A stretch of 33,276 nt of DNA from a virus (taxonomy: Duplodnaviria; Caudoviricetes): the IMG/VR virus record IMGVR_UViG_3300026187_001902, positions 1 to 33,276 of that record; one strand, written 5' to 3'. How positions within the stretch are numbered: the stretch's first letter is position 1; each line of letters begins with the position of its first letter. Under the pieces are notes generated by a model. That model was not told where the DNA came from. It saw only the letters and a program-made list of their open reading frames with translations, and did not search any database. Shown piece after piece: positions 1-7,746 of this stretch. The translations under genes were made by a program, and so were the position numbers.

Positions 1-4
1 AGAA

Positions 5-642
5 TTATTTTTTATCACTCTGAGTTGCGTGTTTAACACCCATAATAGTACCAATAATACTGAATGAATTGGTTAATAAGATACCAAATAGATTTGACCA
101 GGTTGATTCTATGATTTTAGAATCATGTCCTTGTAGTAAAACGAACACATATAATGCCGTTGTGATTACACCAACACCCATAATAACCCATAGAGCAACT
201 CTTACAATATTACCCATCAATTCAGTTTGTGTTTTCTTTTGTAGTAGTGAAAGGTCGGTTTCAGCAAGTTCTTGTGCTTGTTCTGCTTTAATTCTTAAAC
301 GCTCGGATTCTTCCTTCGCATTCACCGCTTCTTCTTTAGATTTAGTAGCAAGTTCAGCTGATGCTATTGCTTCGTTAAGGGCTTTTTCTAATTGCTTATT
401 AACTCTAACGTTTTCTTTAGCAGCTGCTTCTAAATCTTTATTTTGTTTCTGAACTTGTTTAGTTACCTGCAATCTTTTTCTGCGAGATTCTACATCTCTA
501 TTTTTACAGGTCTTTAAATATTCTATAAATTCAGTATCATTACTTTCAGCTTTTAAAACTTTTAAGATATTACCTTCTAAGTATATCTTTTTTTCTTTAG
601 CTAATTTTAGTAACTCATCTCTACATATCTTCTTGCATCCAT
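5..642 (-). CDS. Coiled-coil protein with two C-terminal TM helices; apparent 1-nt frameshift just after the start (true start likely ATG at 642, ~212 aa)
   Basis: The frame of ORF 5..472 stays open upstream of TTG 472 (KKICRDELLKLAKEKKIYLEGNILKVLKAES...RRKRLQVTKQ) with no in-frame start. An ATG at 642, 3 nt after the upstream stop, is 1 nt out of frame (ATG GAT GCA AG AAG ATA). E/K/A-rich helical segment, then hydrophobic segments VALWVIMGVGVITTALYVFVLL and LFGILLTNSFSIIGTIMGV. Confidence 0.7.
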
Positions 643-645
643 AAC

Positions 646-1143
646 TTACTTTTCATTCATTAACTCTTTCAATTTGATTTGTTCTAATCTCATATTGAAA
701 TTTTCTTTTTGAAGTTTTTCAATCTTCTCTTCCAATTCCTCTCTGTACATCTTAGTGATATCTTGCTGCTCTATATCACTTTTCTTTGATTCAATTTTTC
801 GGGTGATTCTTCTGATATTACTTAATGCACTAATTGCTATTACAACCCACCCCCAATTCATAGGAGTCCAATTAACATCTGCTGTAAAGTGTATAAGAAC
901 AAATAGTATTGCCATACCACCATACAAATACCCAAACACTCTTCTTCGTTCTAAACTACTATAAACCACCGAGTGTAGTGTACCATAACCAATTAACACA
1001 CTAATAACTCCAATATACCATAGATTTGGAAAGAACTCTGCTTCTAATACAACAGGTGCAAATATAAACCATATCAATCCCTGCAGAACCTCAGTTGGTT
1101 CTGAATCATGATATGTTAATATATGTCCTAATTTCTTTATCAT
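646..1143 (-). CDS. Multi-pass membrane protein (~4 TM) with C-terminal coiled coil
   Basis: Several hydrophobic stretches followed by a charged tail (YREELEEKIEKLQKENFNMRLEQIKLKEL). Starts 1 nt after the receiver gene stop. Confidence 0.8.
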   Translation of the reverse strand: MIKKLGHILTYHDSEPTEVLQGLIWFIFAPVVLEAEFFPNLWYIGVISVLIGYGTLHSVVYSSLERRRVFGYLYGGMAILFVLIHFTADVNWTPMNWGWVVIAISALSNIRRITRKIESKKSDIEQQDITKMYREELEEKIEKLQKENFNMRLEQIKLKELMNEK

Positions 1144-1144
1144 T

Positions 1145-1591
1145 TTATTTGTACACTTTAAATGGGTTTGTTTTGTTCACATACCCATCATAATCTTCTC
1201 TGAATTCTTCTAATCTTGGTTCGATATCATCTGATTTTACTAACCAGAATTGAGCACCAGCTGCTTTGGCTTTCTCAATCTCTTGATTATCATCTGATGA
1301 TGATATAATACCAATAACACATCCGTTACCATAATCAGTATTAATTTTACGAATAAGTTCAATACCATCAAATGATGAACCAATGATGTTCAAATCAACG
1401 AATACACATTCGGGCCTTTCATGATTTATATCATCTGGAAACCATTCTTTGAATTTTCTATCCGCCTCATCTGATGAGTTAAGTGCCTCTAATGAAAGAG
1501 TTATATCTAAGATACTACAAGCATCTTCAAATACCAAGTGGAATAAATCCTCATCATCCACTAATAAAATTGAGTTAATCATATTGCTCAT
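1145..1591 (-). CDS. Single-domain response regulator (CheY-like receiver, no output domain)
   Basis: Acidic pocket ILLVDDED, phospho-acceptor region VFVDLNI followed by DGIELI, beta4 IISSS, conserved Lys in WLVKS. 148 aa. ATGA overlap with the kinase stop. Confidence 0.92.
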   Translation of the reverse strand: MSNMINSILLVDDEDLFHLVFEDACSILDITLSLEALNSSDEADRKFKEWFPDDINHERPECVFVDLNIIGSSFDGIELIRKINTDYGNGCVIGIISSSDDNQEIEKAKAAGAQFWLVKSDDIEPRLEEFREDYDGYVNKTNPFKVYK

Positions 1592-2838
1592 TTTAATTTT
1601 ATCCTTAATTTTGTTCCAGGGTTACTTTTTTCTGCTGTTATTTTAAAACCATGTTCTTTTAGGATTGCAATACAAATATTTAATCCTAAACCAGAACCAC
1701 TTTCTTTTTGCTCCTTCTTTCTTATGTATGGTTTTGATAAGTTCTCAAACTCTGTTTGAGTCATACCTCTACCATTATCTTGTACACATAATGTGTTATC
1801 ATCTTCCATAAATATCATAACAGTTTTCGTACCACTATCATTATACTTCAATCCGTTACGAATTAAATTATCAATGGCTGTACAAAACAATGGTTCGTTT
1901 ACATCCATTGTGATTAAATCATCAATTACTACCTGCTTTGTGTATGATGTTGATGATAAATAATTTTTAAGAATTTCTTTTAAATCAACTTCTTTGGTAT
2001 CCAACTGAACATTTTCTTTAACTAAGTTTGTAAACTCTTTTACACCAGCATAAACCTTCTGAGTATGTTTTAATCCCTCATCTAACATTTTGAGTGGTGC
2101 TTCAATTCTTAACTCTTTGATTGTTTCATCATTTAATCTTCTTCTAAGAGATGATAACCCTCTTGGCATATAAGTATTGATACCACTATGCATATCGTGT
2201 CTAAGAATCTTAGCGGCGTGTTCTAAGTATGAGTTCTTTTGGTTAACTATTTCTTCAGCATCATGTTGTGCAGTAATATCAGTTGCTATTTTAAGTATTG
2301 TATCGTACTCACCCTTTGAGTTTTTGATTGGTGTATAGTTACCATATAACCATCTCTTTGAACCATCCTTAGCAACTCTCTCAAACTCACCAGTTATACT
2401 CTTTCCACTTCGTAGGGTTTCCCAAAATTCTAAGTATTCTTTACTTTTAGCGTATTCGGGAGTAACCATTGCAGAATGTGGTTTTTTAATCATATCACCC
2501 TCTGTACACCCGACAAGTTTACAAAAGTTATCATTTGCTTTAATGATGTACCCATCCATTGTTAGTGTAACAACAAGATTCGACCTACTGATACCACCCA
2601 ACTGCGCGTTTACTTTTTCTTCCCTAATCTTTATATTGCTGATAAACTCACTTACCACTTTAAAGAATGGTGGCATGAAGAATACAACACAACCCCAACC
2701 AAATTTAGCAAGAAATAAGGTTGGTTCACATAATCCAAATACAATGCATGTTTGAACGGCAAAGAATGTTAACATAATCATTCCAGCAACGCCTAATGAT
2801 ATTTTGGCGTTTAACGATATACCATCCAATGCTTTCAC
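1588..2838 (-). CDS. Membrane-anchored PAS/PAC sensor histidine kinase
   Basis: Two N-terminal TM segments. PAS/PAC: DGYIIKANDNFC...FWETLRSGKSITGEFERVAKDGSKRWLYGNYTPI...ATDIT. H-box KILRHDMHS, N-box DNLIRNGLKYN, G1 QDNGRGM, G2 GSGLGL. GTG start abutting the upstream stop. Confidence 0.93.
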   Translation of the reverse strand: MKALDGISLNAKISLGVAGMIMLTFFAVQTCIVFGLCEPTLFLAKFGWGCVVFFMPPFFKVVSEFISNIKIREEKVNAQLGGISRSNLVVTLTMDGYIIKANDNFCKLVGCTEGDMIKKPHSAMVTPEYAKSKEYLEFWETLRSGKSITGEFERVAKDGSKRWLYGNYTPIKNSKGEYDTILKIATDITAQHDAEEIVNQKNSYLEHAAKILRHDMHSGINTYMPRGLSSLRRRLNDETIKELRIEAPLKMLDEGLKHTQKVYAGVKEFTNLVKENVQLDTKEVDLKEILKNYLSSTSYTKQVVIDDLITMDVNEPLFCTAIDNLIRNGLKYNDSGTKTVMIFMEDDNTLCVQDNGRGMTQTEFENLSKPYIRKKEQKESGSGLGLNICIAILKEHGFKITAEKSNPGTKLRIKLK

Positions 2839-3039
2839 TTATAAATCTGCTTTTTTGAATCCACATTTAGCGAAGAACCATTTTGATGGACAGAACCCAG
2901 TCCAAACACCAACGTTCAACATAAATGTTACAAAGATTACTACTCCCCAAGATTCTAAAAAATAACCTGATAAGAGTACGATTGACATTAAAAGATACAC
3001 CATACGTGTATCAGTAATACTATTTAGAAGTTCCTTCAT
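2839..3039 (-). CDS. DUF2892/YgaP-like small inner-membrane protein
   Basis: 66 aa with two hydrophobic helices and a GVWTGFCP motif, matching the G-x-x-G-[FW]-C-P pattern of YgaP-like TM domains. Confidence 0.7.
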   Translation of the reverse strand: MKELLNSITDTRMVYLLMSIVLLSGYFLESWGVVIFVTFMLNVGVWTGFCPSKWFFAKCGFKKADL

Positions 3040-3463
3040 TTCTAGCTCCTTTATGTTTATCTATTCTATCTAAAATTTCATTAAGTAATTCATTTTTAAT
3101 GAAACCTGCCATAGATGCATTTTTAAGAGCCGAAATCAATTGGAATACTAAGAATGGTGCTAATATGGTTTCAGATAACCAACCAGTTCCTTTAAATCCT
3201 AATTCAATTGATAGTATGACTGTGAGAATCAATTCCCACGCAAAAATGTTTTTCAAAACTCTGAGTGCTTTATATGTTTTAAAACCCTCTCTTTTAATTC
3301 CTGCGATGATTCCAAAGAACCCATCTAATAACATTACACATATAATGGCGAGGTATTGTTCAGTATTATTTGCGGTTAAATCCATAAAATAACTTCCCAT
3401 AAAACCACAAAGTGCGGATACCCCCATTATAAATTGGGTTACTTTCGATTGTATCATTTCCAT
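3020..3463 (-). CDS. Phage holin (Phage_holin_4_1-like)
   Basis: Multiple TM segments and the family-like pattern LLDGFFGIIAGIK...FKTYKA...QLISALKNA. Lies downstream of an endolysin. Start moved from 3478 to ATG 3463 because a small ORF ends at 3468. Confidence 0.75.
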   Translation of the reverse strand: MEMIQSKVTQFIMGVSALCGFMGSYFMDLTANNTEQYLAIICVMLLDGFFGIIAGIKREGFKTYKALRVLKNIFAWELILTVILSIELGFKGTGWLSETILAPFLVFQLISALKNASMAGFIKNELLNEILDRIDKHKGARNEGTSK

Positions 3464-3467
3464 CTTA

Positions 3468-3584
3468 TTACATTCCATAATTAAAAGTTTGGATTAAAGC
3501 AACCTTCAACCTAATCAGTATTCTCTTTCTCCAAGATAATGATTTAAACTCTTTTGTATTAAAAATATCTTCTAATTCTTTCAT
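3468..3584 (-). CDS. Unannotated 38-aa peptide with cationic/hydrophobic C-terminal half (MKELEDIFNTKEFKSLSWRKRILIRLKVALIQTFNYGM)
   Basis: Translated by hand. ATG overlaps the amidase stop (TAATG) and the ORF fills the amidase-holin gap. Confidence 0.7.
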   Translation of the reverse strand: MKELEDIFNTKEFKSLSWRKRILIRLKVALIQTFNYGM

Positions 3585-4465
3585 TATAACCCTAATAACA
3601 TATCGATGAGTTCTGGTTGTGGGAACATATCAACTTTATCTTTACGAGTATTTGTATGTGTCCACATTCCTTTTACTCTACCATAGTATGCATCTTCATT
3701 CCACTCAAATCCATCTGCACCTTTTTTCTTAATCTCTTCTACCAATCCTTTACGAACATCGATATTATCTCTTTCAGCAATCCAAAGTATCCACTTTCTA
3801 AGTGCTTCGATTTGTGCATCTGAATAACGATGCCATACTTTGTGTCCTCTAAATTCTTTTGGAAGTACTACCAGTTCTGAATCTGCGACGGTAGTTCCCG
3901 CATATGTTTTTCCGTTTACAACATAACCAAAATTACACACTTCAATTGCTACTGAATGGGTATGCATATGTTGTGAACCATTCTTTCCTAAGTGCCATCC
4001 GTAACCACCTTCTGGAAATGCTTGTACCATTTCACCATCATATTTGGTATCGTTACCTTTTACTGATTGACCACCTAATACGAATTCAGTTGCAACTGCA
4101 CCTCTTGAATCTCTACCCCATTGGTCTATACAATTATATGGATTGTGCCATCCGGCAGTATGGTGTAGGAAAACGTACTCTTTATTTGTTGGACCTGATT
4201 TGTACTCACCAGGTGGAAGGAAGTGTCTATTTACGATTAATCCGTTTTCCGTTGTGTAAACCTTTTCCGAATTATCAGTAGTAGCAAGACCCATAGCATC
4301 CCAAGTGGCAGGGCCCACAATACCATCAGCGGCCAATCCATTTTTAGATTGCCACTCTTTAACTGCTTTTTCAGTACCTTTACCGAAGATGCCATCTGCG
4401 CCAATTTCAAGAAACTCCTGTAATTCTTTTACTTCAGTTCCACGCGAACCAACTCTTAATAACAT
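3584..4465 (-). CDS. Endolysin: PG_binding_1 domain plus N-acetylmuramoyl-L-alanine amidase (Amidase_2)
   Basis: N-terminal LRVGSRGTEVKELQ...ADGIFGKGT...ADGIVGPATW. Catalytic-domain motifs FLHHTAG, AIEVCNFG, YSDAQIEAL, WTHTNTRKDKVD. Confidence 0.9.
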   Translation of the reverse strand: MLLRVGSRGTEVKELQEFLEIGADGIFGKGTEKAVKEWQSKNGLAADGIVGPATWDAMGLATTDNSEKVYTTENGLIVNRHFLPPGEYKSGPTNKEYVFLHHTAGWHNPYNCIDQWGRDSRGAVATEFVLGGQSVKGNDTKYDGEMVQAFPEGGYGWHLGKNGSQHMHTHSVAIEVCNFGYVVNGKTYAGTTVADSELVVLPKEFRGHKVWHRYSDAQIEALRKWILWIAERDNIDVRKGLVEEIKKKGADGFEWNEDAYYGRVKGMWTHTNTRKDKVDMFPQPELIDMLLGL

Positions 4466-4482
4466 ATTTTAACTCCATTTCG

Positions 4483-4788
4483 TTACTTACGTTTTCCTTG
4501 ACAATGTGCTCTCTGAGAAAACCCTTTTGGATTATTACAATCTATACTTCTTTTGTATTTATCCGACCATTCCTCATCGATTTTTTTAATTAATGCTTCC
4601 AACTCCATCTCAACTTTGTTTGGTAATCCCTTATGTTTGGTTGATGCGTATTTTTTTAAATCTGATTTTGTCATTCCTTTAGCTGTATCTCTAATATCTT
4701 TAGATACATCTGAAGGTTTAACATCACCTTTTTTAAGTGCATATGCCAACCCCATATATTTTTGTTGAGCTTTAGATTTAGCGGGCAT
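4483..4788 (-). CDS. Small basic protein, DUF3008-like N-terminus plus Cys/His C-terminal motif
   Basis: MPAKSKAQQK...LAYALKKG...LKKYASTKHKGLP resembles DUF3008. Tail WSDKYKRSIDCNNPKGFSQRAHC. Confidence 0.7.
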   Translation of the reverse strand: MPAKSKAQQKYMGLAYALKKGDVKPSDVSKDIRDTAKGMTKSDLKKYASTKHKGLPNKVEMELEALIKKIDEEWSDKYKRSIDCNNPKGFSQRAHCQGKRK

Positions 4789-4812
4789 TAGTTACTCCGT
4801 AAGTTCTTTGGA

Positions 4813-4820
4813 TATAAATA
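4813..4820 (-). promoter_or_regulatory. TATTTATA candidate late-promoter element
   Basis: Intergenic, upstream of the DUF3008-like/lysis operon. Same 8-mer at 23508-23515 and TATTTAT at 5354-5360. Confidence 0.4.
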
Positions 4821-4824
4821 TGTA

Positions 4825-5001
4825 TTAATTTAGTTTAACATACGAAATTGGTACAATCCATTCCCTATCGAATGGGTCTGTAACCTTAACTTCTTGCTTT
4901 TCTTCGTTTACTGATATAACTATCACCCTCTCCCCTTCGGGTAGACACCCATTGTGGTTGGTGAAAGTCTCTATCATTTTCGTTTTCTTTAAATTTACCA
5001 T
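4825..5001 (-). CDS. Unannotated 58-aa beta-rich protein, possibly SH3-like (MVNLKKTKMIETFTNHNGCLPEGERVIVISVNEEKQEVKVTDPFDREWIVPISYVKLN)
   Basis: Translated by hand. Pattern GERVIVI..VKVTD..WIVP..V. Explains otherwise empty 4825-4885 and overlaps ORF 4886..5104. Confidence 0.6.
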   Translation of the reverse strand: MVNLKKTKMIETFTNHNGCLPEGERVIVISVNEEKQEVKVTDPFDREWIVPISYVKLN

Positions 5002-5104
5002 TTTTTCTTTTTTTGTTTTGAATTAGTTCCATTGAATCATCATATAACTCATCCAATTCATCATAATTTTTCCAATCAATGTGATTAAGTCTAACTTTTG
5101 ACAT
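4886..5104 (-). CDS. Hypothetical protein
   Basis: ATG overlaps the upstream stop. Acidic N-half then basic; the C-terminal half overlaps the 58-aa ORF. Confidence 0.55.
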   Translation of the reverse strand: MSKVRLNHIDWKNYDELDELYDDSMELIQNKKRKNGKFKENENDRDFHQPQWVSTRRGEGDSYISKRRKARS

Positions 5105-5346
5105 TAGTCCATCCTTTTAATTACTAATTTGCTGATTTGTTTTAGAAATTCTTCGGGTGTATAATCTTTACCCTTTTCATCTTTAATGATAATGTGTTCT
5201 AAGGTATCTGGATATTTGTGAACCATTCGTTCGAATATTTCAAAACCATGCTCCGCCCAAAACGTTTTGAAAGAGCTTTCACCTAAGATGTTAGTGGAAT
5301 AATCTTCATTCCCATCATCATCTGGAAGTAGAATGTAGTATCTCAT
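5104..5346 (-). CDS. Hypothetical phage protein
   Basis: 80-aa ORF on the coding strand, coupled to the next gene. Confidence 0.75.
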   Translation of the reverse strand: MRYYILLPDDDGNEDYSTNILGESSFKTFWAEHGFEIFERMVHKYPDTLEHIIIKDEKGKDYTPEEFLKQISKLVIKRMD

Positions 5347-5362
5347 ATTACCAATAAATACA

Positions 5363-6559
5363 TCAATTTAGATGAATCAATGAATTTTCGTAAGTTTTTA
5401 CCTTATTAACATTCACTCTAAATATATCTAATTCAAACTCACCAACCTCAATTTCAGAGTTCTCAAATATCATAGATAACTCAGTTATTGTATTATATGA
5501 ATATTGGGTTAATTTATTTGCATCAAAACTAATTTCAATATCAGAATCTACATCTACATTGATTCTTTTAGTTAAATCAAACTGAGTATTTGGTTGTTCT
5601 AACTCAATATATTCTTTGATTTTATCAGAATCCAAATCTATCACAATTCTACTACACCATGGCTCTAGCATATTCAATAACTTCTCATTTCCATTTTCAA
5701 TGTTAAACTGAATATCATACTTTGGTGGTACGATTGGTTTCATATAAGCATCATGTTTTACGAAGTGTCCCCACTTTCTGATAAAGTTACGAGTCGAACG
5801 AATGTTTTGCGCTAACCACTCATCTGATTCTTTTCCAACTTCGGTAATTGTTGGGTTGTATCGTGACCCCCTACAAGTTAAATGGAATACGGCACCTTCC
5901 CACGTCTGAATGAATTTGTACCCATTTAAAAGGAATCGGTTAAAGATATCAGAATCTTCTTTTGATTGTGGTGCGTATAATGGGTCATGCCCACCAATTG
6001 ATTGAAAATCTTCTTTGAATAAGAACCAGGGTGCAAAGATACCTTCAGTAGTTTTTCCTTTTGATTGTGGTAAATATTCATTTTTGAAATAATCTAAGAA
6101 CCAATTTTCATCAAAATCTTCAGGTTCGGTTGGCGCATTTTTAATAAGTGCTTTCTCAGGTCCTGGTGGGTGTAAATCTGGTTCAATTCGAGTGAGTGAT
6201 ACCACACTCAATGGTTTGATATGTTCCAATACAGATTCCAATGCACCAGGACAAAGGTACATATCAGCATGATAGATTCCTACAATCTTTGTTGGTGCTA
6301 CTTCATTAATCAATCTATCATATAAGATTGTATGACCTAATCTTGTCGGACCTTCGTTTCTGATTGCATGGAATTTTTTATCCTTCTCCATCATCTTTTG
6401 ACACCATTCCCATGTCCCATCATTTGAGAAATCATCTGCTACACAAATATGTGGTTTTGGTCCTGCGTTCTTTCTGATTGAATCATAAGACCACTTTAAA
6501 TACTTCAAGTTATTTCTTGAAGGTTGAATAAACGATATATCTTTTTTACTTAAACTCAT
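5363..6559 (-). CDS. Glycosyltransferase family 2 (GT-A) with C-terminal extension
   Basis: ISFIQPSRNN, VADDFSNDGT, YHADMY (DxD-like), IGGHD...KEDSDIFNR. Confidence 0.88.
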   Translation of the reverse strand: MSLSKKDISFIQPSRNNLKYLKWSYDSIRKNAGPKPHICVADDFSNDGTWEWCQKMMEKDKKFHAIRNEGPTRLGHTILYDRLINEVAPTKIVGIYHADMYLCPGALESVLEHIKPLSVVSLTRIEPDLHPPGPEKALIKNAPTEPEDFDENWFLDYFKNEYLPQSKGKTTEGIFAPWFLFKEDFQSIGGHDPLYAPQSKEDSDIFNRFLLNGYKFIQTWEGAVFHLTCRGSRYNPTITEVGKESDEWLAQNIRSTRNFIRKWGHFVKHDAYMKPIVPPKYDIQFNIENGNEKLLNMLEPWCSRIVIDLDSDKIKEYIELEQPNTQFDLTKRINVDVDSDIEISFDANKLTQYSYNTITELSMIFENSEIEVGEFELDIFRVNVNKVKTYENSLIHLN

Positions 6560-6583
6560 TATAAAACTTTTCTATTTTAACTA

Positions 6584-6615
6584 CTAATATACGAATAATA
6601 TTTAAATTATCCAAA
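6584..6615 (-). promoter_or_regulatory. Bacteroidota sigma70-type promoter (-33 TTTG / -7 TATATTAG)
   Basis: Minus strand TTTG-N20-TATATTAG upstream of the GT2 gene. Confidence 0.7.
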
Positions 6616-6616
6616 T

Positions 6617-7378
6617 TTATGTTGTATCTCCAAAAAACTTATACCTCACTAACGGCATATCAGAACGTTCTACTAAATCGTGATTGAACGCAAACTTTAA
6701 TCTTAATGGTAATATTTTCATAAGAACTAATTGATGATACATTAATCTGTGATTTGATATACCTTTATTACCCATTAGGTCTGGATTATCAATACTGTAT
6801 TGTTGTATGTTTTCATATATATCCACAAACCTATCCATATCATCTGAATTACCGAAACACCAAATATCTTGTAAAGAGCGATTGTATGCACCATGTGGCC
6901 ATCCCATTTGTGCACCATTAAATTGCTGTCTCCAATTTGGTACATAAAAATAATTTGTATCAAACTTTGAAAAATCAACATCAGTTTGCCATGCAATATC
7001 TTGTCGAGATAGTGCTACAAAATCATATTTGAAATTGTTTTCAATCTCATACGCTTTCTTTAATCTCATTACCTCTCTACAAGAGTACCATCTACTATAA
7101 TGGTTCTGAACTCTACGAGTATCTGTTAGTGGTGGTTCTATTTTAAACGTTTTGGTTTGTTCAAACTTACTACCCTTTGGTTTGTATAAAGATACTATCT
7201 CTTCTTTCAAATCCACATCCCAAGAGTGTATAAAGATATCTATATCATTTACATCTAATATGTGTTTTTTAACATGATTAAACGCAATATCCAAAACATC
7301 AGATGAACTTTTTTCAGTATCACCTGATTTTCCTTTTACACTACCCAATAATCCATAAAAACACAATGCTACTTTCAT
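6617..7378 (-). CDS. Putative glycosyltransferase-like hypothetical protein
   Basis: MKVALCFYG...DIFIHSWD...SRWYS...YDFVALSRQDI...QDIWCFG, a pattern common in phage and giant-virus glycan loci. Activity is inferred. Confidence 0.55.
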   Translation of the reverse strand: MKVALCFYGLLGSVKGKSGDTEKSSSDVLDIAFNHVKKHILDVNDIDIFIHSWDVDLKEEIVSLYKPKGSKFEQTKTFKIEPPLTDTRRVQNHYSRWYSCREVMRLKKAYEIENNFKYDFVALSRQDIAWQTDVDFSKFDTNYFYVPNWRQQFNGAQMGWPHGAYNRSLQDIWCFGNSDDMDRFVDIYENIQQYSIDNPDLMGNKGISNHRLMYHQLVLMKILPLRLKFAFNHDLVERSDMPLVRYKFFGDTT

Positions 7379-7746
7379 AATTCTAAATCTTTAATACCTA
7401 CATTTCTATCGATATTAATTGCAACTGCGTAATCTTCAGTACCATATGGTTTTCTATCATTAATCAGATATCGTTTACCACCACCAATACCCATAATCAA
7501 TTGGTCATATATGATACCGGCTTTACTTAGCTGCAATTCTGTAACTGAACGTAAACTTTCTTTCCTACCAGTTGTTAGTATTATATTGTATCCCATCTTA
7601 TCCCACTCCAATAATTTTTCTAAAGTACCATCAAGCAACTCTAAGGTATGAGTTGGTTTTTGAGAATCGGTTGGTTTACTATGCTTTACCAACGTTCCAT
7701 CAATATCACAAAAAATAGTAAGGGGTCGTTTATCTGTATAACTCAT
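7375..7746 (-). CDS. Small HAD-superfamily phosphatase (capsule-biosynthesis phosphatase-like)
   Basis: Motif I IFCDIDGTL, motif II LTTGR, YDQLIMG, LIND. Confidence 0.85.
   Translation of the reverse strand: MSYTDKRPLTIFCDIDGTLVKHSKPTDSQKPTHTLELLDGTLEKLLEWDKMGYNIILTTGRKESLRSVTELQLSKAGIIYDQLIMGIGGGKRYLINDRKPYGTEDYAVAINIDRNVGIKDLEL

Noticed and set aside
4813-4820. Canonical T4 late promoter TATAAATA on the plus strand
   Set aside because: It would point away from every gene, so it is recorded instead as a minus-strand TATTTATA candidate.
6775-6996. Nested minus-strand 73-aa ORF
   Set aside because: Off-frame inside the 253-aa gene, with no motif.
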